Below, one piece after another: positions 49,493 through 59,619 of a stretch of 64,000 nucleotides of DNA (positions within the stretch are counted from its first letter, which is position 1; each line of letters opens with the position of its first letter). Origin of the DNA: an uncultured Gemmatimonadaceae bacterium (GTDB taxonomy: Bacteria > Gemmatimonadota > Gemmatimonadetes > Gemmatimonadales > Gemmatimonadaceae); contig CAVUDW010000003.1 of the NCBI GenBank assembly GCA_963740355.1, positions 992,001 through 1,056,000 on the forward strand, written 5' to 3'. The translations under genes and the position numbers were made by a program. A model generated the notes under the pieces. The model saw only the letters and a program-made list of their open reading frames with translations. It made no database searches and was not told the origin of the DNA.

Positions 49493-50622
49493 TAGAGCAA
49501 TTCCCACTTGCGCAGCAACCACACCAGGAAGACCCCAAGCCCCAGCTGCACCGCAAGCATGATCCAGAATCCGTGCGAATGATGCGAGAGCGGGATGTCC
49601 TCGAAGTTCATCCCCCACATGCCGCTCACGACGACGAACGGCACGCTCAACGTGGCAATCACGCTGAGGCCCTTCGTCACCTGGCCGAGTCGATTCGAGA
49701 CCTGCGAGAGATAGCTGTCCATGACGTTGGCCAGCAGTTCACGGTAGGTATCCACCGAATCGTTGATGCGCAGCACGTGGTCGTAGATGTCGCGAAACCA
49801 GACCTGTGATTCCGGCGGCAGGAATGGCGTCGGTCGATTGGTCATGATGTTGAAGACTTCGCGCTGTGGCATCAGGTGTCGCCGCATCGACAGGACGAGC
49901 CGCTTCACGGCAAACACGTCGCGCATGACTTCCTGGTCGAAACGCTGATACACCCGCTCCTCGAGGCCATCCACGAACTCGTCGATCTTGTCGAGCACGG
50001 GGAAGTACTCATCGACGGTGATGTCCATCAGTGCGTGCGCCACCCGCTCGACACCGCGCTGCAGCTGGTCGGGATTGGCGATCATCCGGTCGTAGACGAC
50101 ATCCACCGGCACACTGGGGCCGGCGTGCACCGTCACCAGCAGGTTCTTCGCAAGGAAGAAACAGAGGTTGTACGTCTCGACATCGTACGGATCATCGGTG
50201 GTGTCGCAGAACCGAAGGCCGCGCACGATCACGAAGAGCGAATTCTTGTACTCGTCGATCTTGACGCGACTCTGCGGATTGAGCGCATCCTCGACCGCCA
50301 GCGGATGGAAGTCGAAGACCTTCTCGAGCAACGCGACCTGATGCCGACTTTCGTTGTCGATGTCGACCCAGAGCGTGCCGTTGATCGTGCCGCACCGCAC
50401 CAGGTCGCGCAGCTCCACCGGATGCAGATCGGTGCGCACCGTGCCATCGCCCATCATGTAAGCGATCCGTGGCACACTGCTGGCTGCCACGACCGGCCGA
50501 ACCGGCTCACCCCGCGCGGCGGCCTCGTTCGCGTCCACCTCCGCCAGGCTCATCGACCGCGTGTCGTCACCACGGCGAAGCCGCGGCGGCATCGGTGTCT
50601 TCCGGCGGCGACTCTTGCTCAT
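49492..50622 (-). CDS. corA: CorA-family Mg2+/Co2+ transporter
   Basis: Motifs FHPLAVED, FRDIYDH and GMWGMNF (GMN); two C-terminal TM helices. Confidence 0.92.
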   Translation of the reverse strand: MSKSRRRKTPMPPRLRRGDDTRSMSLAEVDANEAAARGEPVRPVVAASSVPRIAYMMGDGTVRTDLHPVELRDLVRCGTINGTLWVDIDNESRHQVALLEKVFDFHPLAVEDALNPQSRVKIDEYKNSLFVIVRGLRFCDTTDDPYDVETYNLCFFLAKNLLVTVHAGPSVPVDVVYDRMIANPDQLQRGVERVAHALMDITVDEYFPVLDKIDEFVDGLEERVYQRFDQEVMRDVFAVKRLVLSMRRHLMPQREVFNIMTNRPTPFLPPESQVWFRDIYDHVLRINDSVDTYRELLANVMDSYLSQVSNRLGQVTKGLSVIATLSVPFVVVSGMWGMNFEDIPLSHHSHGFWIMLAVQLGLGVFLVWLLRKWELL

Positions 50623-50674
50623 GCGGCCGCCGGCGGAGGAGAAGGAAGGAATCGCATCCCCGGCAAGATACCGA

Positions 50675-51601
50675 CTATCGCAACGCGCGGAGATGGGTGA
50701 CGCAGGCCTCACCGAGTCGCTCCGGCACGTACCCCCCTTCAAGCGCGCTGACGACGCGTCCGCCACACCACCCCTCGGCGCGAGTCACGACCAGTCGAGT
50801 GAGCTGCTCGATGTGCTCCATCTCGAGCGTGAACCCGCCCAACGGATCGCCGGCCAGGCAGTCGAATCCGGCGGAGATCAGCACCAGATCGGGGGTCCAA
50901 ACATCCGTCGCCGCATCGATGGCTTGCGTCAGGGCATCCACATAGACCGATGGTGGCAGCGCGGGCGTCATCGGCACGTTCCAGACGCTGCCATGCGGAC
51001 CGCGGTCCGATGCCGCACCACTGCCCGGATACCAGGGGGACTGATGCATGCTGACGAAACGAATCGCGGGATCGTCCTGCACCAGATCCTGCGTGCCATT
51101 GCCATGATGCACATCCCAGTCGACGATCAACACGCGATCGGCACCATGCCGGCGGCGGGCATAGTGGGCGCCGACGCCGATGTTGCCGAAGAGGCAGAAG
51201 CCCATCGCAGCGCCACGCAACGCGTGATGCCCCGGCGGCCGCACGGCACAGAAACTCCGCGTCACGGAGCCGTCGAAGGCCCAGTCGATGCCATCCAGCA
51301 CGCAGCCGACGCCGGCCGTCGCCGCATCCCAGCTTCCCGGACTGACGGGCGTGTCGGGATCCAGCTGCCCACCGCCAGTATCCGCCATCACGCGCACCCG
51401 CTCGACATAGCCTGCGTCGTGAGCCAACGCGATTTCAGCAGCCGTCGCATGCCGACCTTCACGATGCTCGATCGTGTCGAAGAGATCGAAGTCGTATCGC
51501 AGCGCGCGCGGAATGGCACGCAGCCGCCCGACGTGCTCGGGGTGATTCCAGCCGGTGTCGTGGCGACCACAATCCGAATGCGAGATGTATGCAACGGTCA
51601 C
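50675..51601 (-). CDS. Histone deacetylase-family (Zn-dependent) deacylase
   Basis: Motifs HPEHVGRL, RPPGHHA, GFCLF, DWDVHHGNGTQ, SAGFD and LEGGY. Confidence 0.93.
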   Translation of the reverse strand: MTVAYISHSDCGRHDTGWNHPEHVGRLRAIPRALRYDFDLFDTIEHREGRHATAAEIALAHDAGYVERVRVMADTGGGQLDPDTPVSPGSWDAATAGVGCVLDGIDWAFDGSVTRSFCAVRPPGHHALRGAAMGFCLFGNIGVGAHYARRRHGADRVLIVDWDVHHGNGTQDLVQDDPAIRFVSMHQSPWYPGSGAASDRGPHGSVWNVPMTPALPPSVYVDALTQAIDAATDVWTPDLVLISAGFDCLAGDPLGGFTLEMEHIEQLTRLVVTRAEGWCGGRVVSALEGGYVPERLGEACVTHLRALR

Positions 51602-52932
51602 GTCAGACCTCTCCAGCGGCGTAGCGTCCACGACGCCACCAGCGACAGCAGCGCGAGCGCCAGCAACCATCGGGGATCGAGCGAGGCACGCCAACTCTCC
51701 TGCACCGGCGCGAGGCTCGCGGCGCGAACGGAGGGCAGGCCAAGATCGCGTGCCAGTGCCGCCACAGGCGCGGCGTCGACGGTATCGTGCTCGGCTGGCG
51801 TGGTGTGTGTCAGTGGCATGGTGAGTGGCACAATGCTCGATAGCAGCGCAGTCCACCAGCGGCGATGTGCTGCAGGAGCGTCGTCATTGCCTGCCATGCG
51901 CCACAACCAGGAGTTGTCGTAGCCTACCTGCAGCACGCGTCCGGCGCCGACACGTCGAGCGGCGACTGCCACACGACCGTCGCGGCTTTCGAGCGCAATG
52001 CTTCCCGCAGCCAGCGACGCCACTGGCACGAGATCGAGGCCGTGGCGCGGCTCGACGGACGCTTCCGCGCCGAGTTCACCGACGATGGTGGCGCCAGGTG
52101 CCCCCGCGCGCAGTGAAGCCAGACCCGCAAGTCGCGCCGCTTCGCCAACGATCACCAGTCCGCCACCGTCGCGCACGAACTGCGGTAACGCCGCGATCGC
52201 TGATGCAGGTGCGCCAGGAAGCAGCAGCACGATGGCGTGACGGCTGCGCGCAGGAGTTCGCGTCGCACCCTGCGAAATCGTGACGCGAGGCGAGAGGGTG
52301 ACCGCCATGTCGACGGGCCACCCCGCTTCCTCCAGCGTCGACACGAGGAAGCGCGACTCCCAGGTTGCATCACCAAGCACCAGAACGCGCGCCGCGTCGG
52401 GCGATCCTGCCGCGAGCGACGTCGCCGAGGCCCGCACGGTCGGCGCATCGACACGCAGCAGTCCCTGCACCGGCCCCGATTGAGAACGACTTCCACCCGT
52501 CGCGAGAGTCAGCGAATCAAGTGCGCCCGCGCCATCACTGACCGATGCGGCCAACGAATCGGTGCCCGCCACCAGGATCCGTGTGCCGCCCAGTGCGCGC
52601 CATTCATTCTCTGCAACAACCGCCAGCGCCGGGAGCGGCGATGCGGTGCTCAGTCGAACCGTGTGACCACTGCCCTTCAGCGCGCGCAGGGCGGCGCGTG
52701 CGTGCGACGACGGAACGCCGCTGAGCGACACATCGAGCGTGTCCGTCGGCGTGCGCAAGAGGCTCGCGAGGCCGGCATCGAGTGTTCCCGCCCTCGTGAC
52801 AGTCGACGCAACGCCAGTCGGGCTCACTGGCGCCAGCAACCGCCACAGCAGCAACGCCATGCACGTGAATGCCACACCGTGCAACACCGCGCCAATGCGC
52901 TGCAGCGTCCGATCGGTGGACACGCCACCCAT
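51598..52932 (-). CDS. Membrane protein of the MoxR operon with a class I GATase-like domain
   Basis: N- and C-terminal TM helices, WESRFL, FVRDGGGLV, VGAGRV..SWLWRM and WTLRRWRGL. Start is approximate. Confidence 0.6.
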   Translation of the reverse strand: MGGVSTDRTLQRIGAVLHGVAFTCMALLLWRLLAPVSPTGVASTVTRAGTLDAGLASLLRTPTDTLDVSLSGVPSSHARAALRALKGSGHTVRLSTASPLPALAVVAENEWRALGGTRILVAGTDSLAASVSDGAGALDSLTLATGGSRSQSGPVQGLLRVDAPTVRASATSLAAGSPDAARVLVLGDATWESRFLVSTLEEAGWPVDMAVTLSPRVTISQGATRTPARSRHAIVLLLPGAPASAIAALPQFVRDGGGLVIVGEAARLAGLASLRAGAPGATIVGELGAEASVEPRHGLDLVPVASLAAGSIALESRDGRVAVAARRVGAGRVLQVGYDNSWLWRMAGNDDAPAAHRRWWTALLSSIVPLTMPLTHTTPAEHDTVDAAPVAALARDLGLPSVRAASLAPVQESWRASLDPRWLLALALLSLVASWTLRRWRGLT

Positions 52933-52954
52933 CGGCAGCGAGGCAGCGGCCGCG

Positions 52955-53563
52955 TCAGCGCGTGAGGGCATACACCACCAGGTTCACGCCGAAGCGCGTG
53001 TTGTCCACCGAGAGGAATCGCTTGTTCTCGGGATGGAACGACCACTCGCTGCTGTAGTCCTTGTTGCTGTACACGACCGCCAGCCGACCATTGCGTTCGA
53101 TCCCCTGCAGGTGATCGTGCACCAGGTTGTCGCCCCATCCATTCAGCTCGTGCGAGGTGGTGGGTGGGCCATCGCGGAAGGTGAAGAACGCCTTGTACAG
53201 CGGATGTGTATTCGGGATCGGCTTCAGCGGTCCCAAGGCCTGCGTCAGCTCTTCGGTGCAGGTCTTGTGAAAGACGCCGTCCACATCGTGGTTGTGATCA
53301 TCCACGAAAAGCAGCCCGCCGCGATCGCAGTACTTCCGCAGCATCGCGCGCTCCGCGATGGTGAAGCGCACCGGCAAATGGCCGGTGAGGTATGCCAGCG
53401 GGTACCGCAGCAACGCTTCCGACGACAGCGGCACGATCGCCCCTGACGGCGCCACGTCGACATTGGTGTAGCGCGCCACGGCGTCGATCACGTTGGCGGC
53501 CAGCAGCGGTGCGGAATCCCAGTCGCCCGATTCGTACTGCACGGTGGCGAAGGTGAACTTCAT
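52955..53563 (-). CDS. DUF4159 domain protein
   Basis: Motifs YESGDWD, YLTGH, GGLLFVDD, HPLY and GVNLVVYALT. ATGA overlap. Confidence 0.8.
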   Translation of the reverse strand: MKFTFATVQYESGDWDSAPLLAANVIDAVARYTNVDVAPSGAIVPLSSEALLRYPLAYLTGHLPVRFTIAERAMLRKYCDRGGLLFVDDHNHDVDGVFHKTCTEELTQALGPLKPIPNTHPLYKAFFTFRDGPPTTSHELNGWGDNLVHDHLQGIERNGRLAVVYSNKDYSSEWSFHPENKRFLSVDNTRFGVNLVVYALTR

Positions 53564-55686
53564 GGCGTCCCGCCGAGCCACAGTGCCGTTCCGTCACCGC
53601 GACGCCATGGCGCAAGCGCCAGTCGTCGCACGCGCAACATTGCCGCGGTCGCATCGCGTCGCGCTTCCACGGCGTCGATCGTTTCGCCGATCGCGGCCGC
53701 AAGGCTCGGTGCGGTTGCCAGTGCATCCAGTCGCACCAAGCGCAGCGCATCGAGCGCCGTCGCGTCCTTCTCGACCAACAGGCTCAACCCCTGCAGTGCG
53801 CGCTCTGCCAACCGCCGCTCCGGCGCCGGCAGAGCGTCCAGCGCACGACGCTGCTCGAACTTCGCCGAGTCAGTGCCGGTGAGGCGAATCTTCACCAGGT
53901 CCACCACAGCCGCTGGCGGCGTGCCGCGCAGGTACACGCGTTCAGCAGAACGGGCCCGCTGGATCGCGGCCAGCGCGCGGCGCATCGGGTCGAGCGCGTC
54001 GCGCGGGACGCCACCCTGCAAGGCGCGCGTCGCGTCCCACATCGCGTTGTACGCTTCCAGCAGCGGACGATTCACCGCCACCACCGGCGTTTCGTCACCG
54101 TGCGAGTCGAGCATGCCACTCATGCCGCCGGTTGCCGCATCCGCCGCCTTCAGTACCGACTCCGGCGTATTGGTTGCAGCAAGGTCGCTGGCGGTGTGTT
54201 CATGACCGTCCCCAGCGAAGTGTGCATGTTCGCCGCTCGGGCTGTCGCCGAGGCGCGCGAAGACGATGTCCGCGACCTGCTTCCGGAGCCGCGCCTGGTC
54301 ACTGCCGATGCGCTGTGATTCCGTCAGCATCGTGGCACGGTCGATCCTGGGCATCCGTGCCACCAATCGCTCAGCCATCAGCAGCAACATCCGCTGGCTG
54401 AGCACACTCTTGTCCACCGGCGTGGGAGGCAGCTGCTCGACGGCCACCGAGTCGCGCTCATCGGGTCGCGGAATGCGAATCGTGCGCGTCTCGCTGGTGC
54501 CGAGCGAGGGACCGCTGAGTGTGTTGCCATCATGTGCGGTGAGTCGCACGTGCATCAGGTCACCCGGCTTCAGGTGCAGCGCGCCGAGGTCGAGCGTGGT
54601 CGCCATCGTGAGGTCACGCCCAAGTGAACCGCGACGTTCGTCGATCGCGCCAGACTTGAACGTGAACTGCTCGCCACCGCCGCTGGAGATGATGTACTCG
54701 ATGCGTGCGTCGCGCAGACCAAGGTCGTCGTGAATTGTGCCGGATACCCTGATCCTGGCCGTCGTATCGAAGACCAGCGTATCGCTCGCTGGCAGGACCA
54801 GGGTGGCGACTGGCGCGGAGTCGGCGACGGGTGTCACCAGCAGCCAGCGCTCGCCAGCCGCGTCTCGCAGGCGAACAGCAATCGGTGCCGTGCCGATGCG
54901 CACGTCACCGCGCCACCCGCCGTCGCGCGGTGCGGTGGTCACTGCTCGCGGCGTACCGGCACCACTGTCCGATGACTCCTGCACGAGCATCGTGGCGTTG
55001 CCCTGCGCACCAATGGCGTCGATGCGAATGAGGCTGCCGACAAGCGCTGACACGGTTTGTCCGAACGCCAGCCCGCGTTCAGGGCGACCTGTGTACGCCG
55101 GCGGCACGAGTACGGCTTCTGCCATCACGCGGCCTGGAGGCGGCGCCGTCGTATCGCGCTCCACACGCAGCGCTGGCGCCACGTTTGCCGCGATCGGCCG
55201 CGCACGCCACGGGTAGATGCCGGCGGCCACGAGCAGCACTGCGGCCGCCAAGCGGCGAAGCACCGCTGCGCGTCGCCCACCCATCGCACGTCCAACGTTC
55301 TGCTGCCAAGGGGTACTGGCAGTGAAATCAGCCAGCCGACGCTGAACGGGATCGGCATCATTCACCGGCTGCTGCTCAGCCAGCGTCACCAATGCGTAGC
55401 GCAGCTCCGGCGCTTGTGATTCAGCCCACAGCGCGGCGTCGAGCAGTGCCAGACGCGCTGGCTGCAGCACGCGCCACCGCCACCCACCAACCGCTACGGC
55501 ACCACTGATCGCCACAGCCCAAACAATTCCTATCGCCGGCACACCGAGCAGCACGCGCGCCAGTGCGCCGATTGCAAGCAGACTGCCAAGTGCCGCCAGC
55601 GTCCAGACGGCGACGTCTCCGATGGCCAGCGTGCGGAGCGAGGCTCGCAGCTGGTCGAGTCGTGATGCGAGTTGGTGTGGTGTCAT
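53560..55686 (-). CDS. Large membrane-anchored DUF4175-like protein
   Basis: Three N-terminal TM helices, PPAYTG, HDDLGL, a helical C-terminus and His-rich GEHAHFAGDGHEH. Confidence 0.6.
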   Translation of the reverse strand: MTPHQLASRLDQLRASLRTLAIGDVAVWTLAALGSLLAIGALARVLLGVPAIGIVWAVAISGAVAVGGWRWRVLQPARLALLDAALWAESQAPELRYALVTLAEQQPVNDADPVQRRLADFTASTPWQQNVGRAMGGRRAAVLRRLAAAVLLVAAGIYPWRARPIAANVAPALRVERDTTAPPPGRVMAEAVLVPPAYTGRPERGLAFGQTVSALVGSLIRIDAIGAQGNATMLVQESSDSGAGTPRAVTTAPRDGGWRGDVRIGTAPIAVRLRDAAGERWLLVTPVADSAPVATLVLPASDTLVFDTTARIRVSGTIHDDLGLRDARIEYIISSGGGEQFTFKSGAIDERRGSLGRDLTMATTLDLGALHLKPGDLMHVRLTAHDGNTLSGPSLGTSETRTIRIPRPDERDSVAVEQLPPTPVDKSVLSQRMLLLMAERLVARMPRIDRATMLTESQRIGSDQARLRKQVADIVFARLGDSPSGEHAHFAGDGHEHTASDLAATNTPESVLKAADAATGGMSGMLDSHGDETPVVAVNRPLLEAYNAMWDATRALQGGVPRDALDPMRRALAAIQRARSAERVYLRGTPPAAVVDLVKIRLTGTDSAKFEQRRALDALPAPERRLAERALQGLSLLVEKDATALDALRLVRLDALATAPSLAAAIGETIDAVEARRDATAAMLRVRRLALAPWRRGDGTALWLGGTP

Positions 55687-56897
55687 GCGCGCTTCCGCAG
55701 CAGCAGCTCGAGCGCGGCCAGTGCCAGTGCGAGGCCGACGAACCAGACGGCCAGCGGCGACGAAAGTGTAGCCTGCGACGCCGTCACACTCCGCGTACGC
55801 GTCGGTGCCCGCAGCCAGTCAGGCGCCGCGCCAACCGTCCCCTGCTCCCGGTCACAACTCGTGACGAGCGCCGCCAGCCACGCCTGCGCGGCCAGCGACA
55901 GGGTCTGATCGCCGGCCGCCGGCACAGCAACCGCCACCCGAAGCAGACATCCGCGTCCAATCGACACGCGCCACACGGCCGGCGAACCGTCAGCCCACCA
56001 CCCAATCGCCTGAGCCCCACGCAACGCGACATTCGAGCTGTCCACTCCAAGCGGCGCAATCCATGTCGCGGAACCGACGGCGAGTCCCCGCAGCGCCGGC
56101 GCACCAGCCAGCGCACGTGACGGCCACCAGACGATCGTCGCTCCGGCGCGTGCGGCGCTGGAATCATCAGCCGTCAACGGTGCGCCCCGAACGATTCGCG
56201 TCGTCACGCGCGCGACGCTGTCGCCGAGCAGGTGTGCCGTCGCGGCGATCGGATCATCGCCGTCAGCGCGCACAGCGATTGGTCCGCGCGCCACGGCGCT
56301 GTCCTTCGCGATCGCCACCGGAACGACGACGATCGAGTCAGGCACCAGCGCACGAATCGACGCTGTGACCGGATCGAGGCTGCGTGGTGAGAAGCGCGAC
56401 GCGATGGCCACCCGCAGCGTCGTCGATCGTTCGGCCAATGAATCGCGAACACGCACCAACCGCCCAAGCCCCGCGCCCAACGATGCCACATCGGCTACTG
56501 ACGGTGTGACCGCACTCGGCAAACCGATCGCGGTGGCCGAATCGTACGCGATGACGACATCTGTCGCTGCGAGCGTCGAGAGCACGGTGCGCTGCGCGTC
56601 GAGTGGCAAGCTGCGATCGAGCAACAGCAGCGTGCGCGTCGGCACACGACTGCCAGTCAACACCGGTTGCGCGACACCCAGTGCCAACAATGCAATCACC
56701 AGCAGGCGCAACAACATCCACCAGCGATCCATCGGGATCTTCTGCAGCGTCGTCGCTTCGAGCATGCCGCCCGGCAGGAAGCGCGTGGTGGCCAGTGTCA
56801 GCGCACGCGGCCTCTGTCGCGACAACAGATGCGCGGCGACCACGCCGAGCATGCCAAGCGCGCCCGCCGCCAGTGCCCACGGCGCGAGCCATGTCAC
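55683..56897 (-). CDS. BatA-domain (aerotolerance regulator N-terminal) membrane protein
   Basis: MTWLAPWAL..AHLLSRQRP..TTRFL and LLRLLVIALLALGVAQP; degenerate vWA motif LLDRS. Confidence 0.78.
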   Translation of the reverse strand: MTWLAPWALAAGALGMLGVVAAHLLSRQRPRALTLATTRFLPGGMLEATTLQKIPMDRWWMLLRLLVIALLALGVAQPVLTGSRVPTRTLLLLDRSLPLDAQRTVLSTLAATDVVIAYDSATAIGLPSAVTPSVADVASLGAGLGRLVRVRDSLAERSTTLRVAIASRFSPRSLDPVTASIRALVPDSIVVVPVAIAKDSAVARGPIAVRADGDDPIAATAHLLGDSVARVTTRIVRGAPLTADDSSAARAGATIVWWPSRALAGAPALRGLAVGSATWIAPLGVDSSNVALRGAQAIGWWADGSPAVWRVSIGRGCLLRVAVAVPAAGDQTLSLAAQAWLAALVTSCDREQGTVGAAPDWLRAPTRTRSVTASQATLSSPLAVWFVGLALALAALELLLRKRA

Positions 56898-57781
56898 GCC
56901 ACCGCTCCAGTGCCCGAGGCGGCGCGCACCAGCGTACGCACTGCGTCGGCTGGTGGCTGATCATCCACGATTTCCACGTAGCGCGCGCCGGTTGCCAACC
57001 AGCGGTTCCGCATCGACGCACGAAACGCCGCAAAACTCGCCTCGTACGCGCGGTGCGCACTCTTCGAGAGCGGGCGTCGCAGCGCCTCGTCTTCCGGATC
57101 GACGGCCACCGCCCGTTCAACGCCCAGCGAGAGCTCGGCACGTGACACAAGGTGCACAACGATCACCTCCACACCGCGCGCGATCAGCGAGGCACCGCGC
57201 TGCAGCAGCGCGTCAGCATCACCCAGCAGGTCGGAGATGATCACGACACGCTCGATACCGCGCATGCCGTCCAGCATCGGCGCGACGGCGGCCACGCCAT
57301 CCACCTCGACGGCGTCGACCACACGGATCATTTCACGCACGACATCGCCCCGCGCGCGTGGCGCCAGCCGACGCGCACCCGAGGCGCGCGCGATCACCAA
57401 TCCGACAGGGTCACCGGCACCGCGTCCCACCGCAGCCAGCCCGACGCACAGCATGCGCGCCTGTCGCCACTTCGTCTCCCCGCCCACCGCAGCGCCCATC
57501 GAGGCCGAGCCGTCGAGCACGATCAACGTCGGCGACGTTGCGATATCGGGTGCCAGGCGGACGTAAGCGCGGTCAGTGCGCGCCAGCAGCTTCCAGTCCA
57601 GTCGCCGCGGATCGTCACCTTGCCGATAGGGGCGATACTCGGTGACTTCGACATTCGGGCCGATGCGTTTCGCGGTGTGCGCACCCACGTTGGTGGTACG
57701 CGGGCGCAGGCGTGCCATCCATCGCACGCCGCGCAACGCATCGAGCAATGCGCCGTATTCGTGAAAGCCGGGCGCCGCCAT
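56894..57781 (-). CDS. DUF58 vWA-like protein
   Basis: EYRPYRQGDDPRRLDWK, MIDAS-like LDGSASM and IISDL. Confidence 0.9.
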   Translation of the reverse strand: MAAPGFHEYGALLDALRGVRWMARLRPRTTNVGAHTAKRIGPNVEVTEYRPYRQGDDPRRLDWKLLARTDRAYVRLAPDIATSPTLIVLDGSASMGAAVGGETKWRQARMLCVGLAAVGRGAGDPVGLVIARASGARRLAPRARGDVVREMIRVVDAVEVDGVAAVAPMLDGMRGIERVVIISDLLGDADALLQRGASLIARGVEVIVVHLVSRAELSLGVERAVAVDPEDEALRRPLSKSAHRAYEASFAAFRASMRNRWLATGARYVEIVDDQPPADAVRTLVRAASGTGAVA

Positions 57782-57795
57782 GACCTGCGACGGCG

Positions 57796-58828
57796 TCAGC
57801 GAGGAAAGGCGCCGCGTGGTGGCTCGATACGTGCCACCAATTCCTTCACGATGACGTCCGACGCAATGCCATCCGCCTCGGCCGCGTAGTTCGGAAGCAC
57901 GCGATGGCGAAGCACTGGAATCGCGACGCGCTGCACATCGGCCGGCGACACTGCCACGCGTCCGGCCAGCAACGCGTGGGCCTTCGCGCCAAGGATGAGC
58001 GCCTGGCCCGCGCGTGGGCCGGCACCCCAGCGCACGTACTTCGTCACCAGATCCGGCGCACGGGAGTCACCAGGACGAGTCGCGCGCACCAGCTGTGCTG
58101 CATATCGCAGCACGGTGTCTGAGGCGGGCACGTCGCGCGCCATCTTCTGCAGCGCACGGACCTGCAACGCATCGAGCACGGGCGTCAGCGGTTCGGAGGC
58201 AGCGCCGGTGGTGCTGCGCAGGATGCCGACTTCATCATCCTCGCCAGGGTAATCCACACGAATGTCGAACAGGAACCGATCCAGCTGTGCTTCAGGCAGC
58301 GGATATGTCCCTTCCTGCTCGATCGGATTCTGCGTGGCGAGCACGAAGAACGGTGCCGGCAGCGGCATGGTCTGGCCTGCCGCCGTCACGCGGTACTCCT
58401 GCATCGCTTCGAGCAGCGCCGCCTGCGTGCGTGGTGGCGCGCGGTTGATTTCGTCGGCGAGCACGATGTTGGCGAAGATCGGCCCACGCACGAAGCGGAA
58501 GGCGCGATGCCCGCGTGGCCGAGTCTTCCTCGAGCAACTCGGTGCCCGTGATGTCGCTTGGCACGAGGTCCGGGGTGAACTGGATGCGGCGAAAATCCAG
58601 CTGCATCGCCTCGGAGACGGCACGCACCATCATCGTCTTCGCCAGCCCCGGCACACCCACCAGCAACGCATGGCCACCGGCCACGATCGCGAGCAGAATT
58701 TCGTCCAGTGCCTCGGTCTGGCCCACGATGCGGCGCGCGACTTCCGCGCGCATTGCCTGCGCCGCGCCGATCAGTGCTGCTGCCTCGTTTTCGCTCGTGC
58801 CACGTGACACACCCATCGGTTCCGCCAT
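57796..58828 (-). pseudogene. MoxR-family AAA+ ATPase split by a +1 frameshift near 58513 (pseudogene or sequencing error)
   Basis: Frame A has GVPGLAKT and RIQFTPDL..ELLEEDSAT. Frame B has GHRAFRFVRGPIF, LADEINRA, ATQNPIEQEGTYPLPEAQLDRF. The junction ACG-c-GGG-CAT has one extra base. Confidence 0.85.
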
Positions 58829-59151
58829 CACTTGAGCGGCTGCCGGCGACGCATGTGCAGCAGCAGCGTCGAACCGTCCTTCACACCAGCGTCCGCCAAC
58901 GATTTCGCTTCATCGCGGATTTCGAACCCACCGAGCTTCGTCACCATGTCGCCTGGCACCGGCAGATCGGGTGCCAAAACGGCCAGGGCACGCGCCTTGA
59001 CGGTGGCGACCGATGTCTCAGGTGCGGCAACGACTTTCACCGCATCCCACGCCTCCAGCAGCTGGACGCGGATCGTGATGTCGGCGGCGCTGCCGGTACC
59101 AAGCGTGATCGCCTCCGCAGGGGTGCGGAGCTGGGTGACGAAGGGCGGCAT
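58828..59151 (-). CDS. Ubiquitin-like (beta-grasp; YukD/EsaB-like) small protein
   Basis: PETSVATVKAR resembles ubiquitin PSDTIENVKAK. GFEIRDEAKSLADAGVKDGSTLLLHMR resembles [26 protein letters not shown]. TGATG coupling to MoxR. Confidence 0.7.
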   Translation of the reverse strand: MPPFVTQLRTPAEAITLGTGSAADITIRVQLLEAWDAVKVVAAPETSVATVKARALAVLAPDLPVPGDMVTKLGGFEIRDEAKSLADAGVKDGSTLLLHMRRRQPLK

Positions 59152-59230
59152 GTGCGGTTGGACGGAGCGAGGGAACAACGGGTTGCCAGCGGCGACGGTG
59201 CTCGTGTCGGCCGAGCCGCGGACAGATGAT

Positions 59231-59575
59231 CTACGCGGCGGGGGTGCCTTCAGTTGCGTCAGCGACCGGGGCTTCGAGCGCTGGGGCCGGTGGCGGCGCC
59301 ACGTACCTCGGCAGCGTCGACAGAAAGCGGGCGATCTGCTGGTCGAACATGTAGCTCGATCCGGTGACCCGCGTGCCATCAGGAATCGCCGCCACCCCGA
59401 ACAGCACATCTTCCCCGCCCTGTCCGCGCAGCGCGACGAACGTCGGCCCCGACTTCTCGGGGAAGGCGGCGTAAACGCCGCTCCGCAGGGAGAAGAAATC
59501 CGTCGCGGCCGCCAGCACCGCGGCGCCGTCGAGGGAGGTGTTGGCTTCCTGCTGGGTGCGGATGGTCGGTGGCAT
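59231..59575 (-). CDS. Hypothetical protein (114 aa)
   Basis: Protein-like alpha/beta sequence with GC-rich codon use and a Pro/Ala tail; first gene of the operon. Confidence 0.65.
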   Translation of the reverse strand: MPPTIRTQQEANTSLDGAAVLAAATDFFSLRSGVYAAFPEKSGPTFVALRGQGGEDVLFGVAAIPDGTRVTGSSYMFDQQIARFLSTLPRYVAPPPAPALEAPVADATEGTPAA

Positions 59576-59619
59576 GGCCGGAATCTAGCCGCACCCGGAT
59601 GGCTGGCGAATGGACGCCC

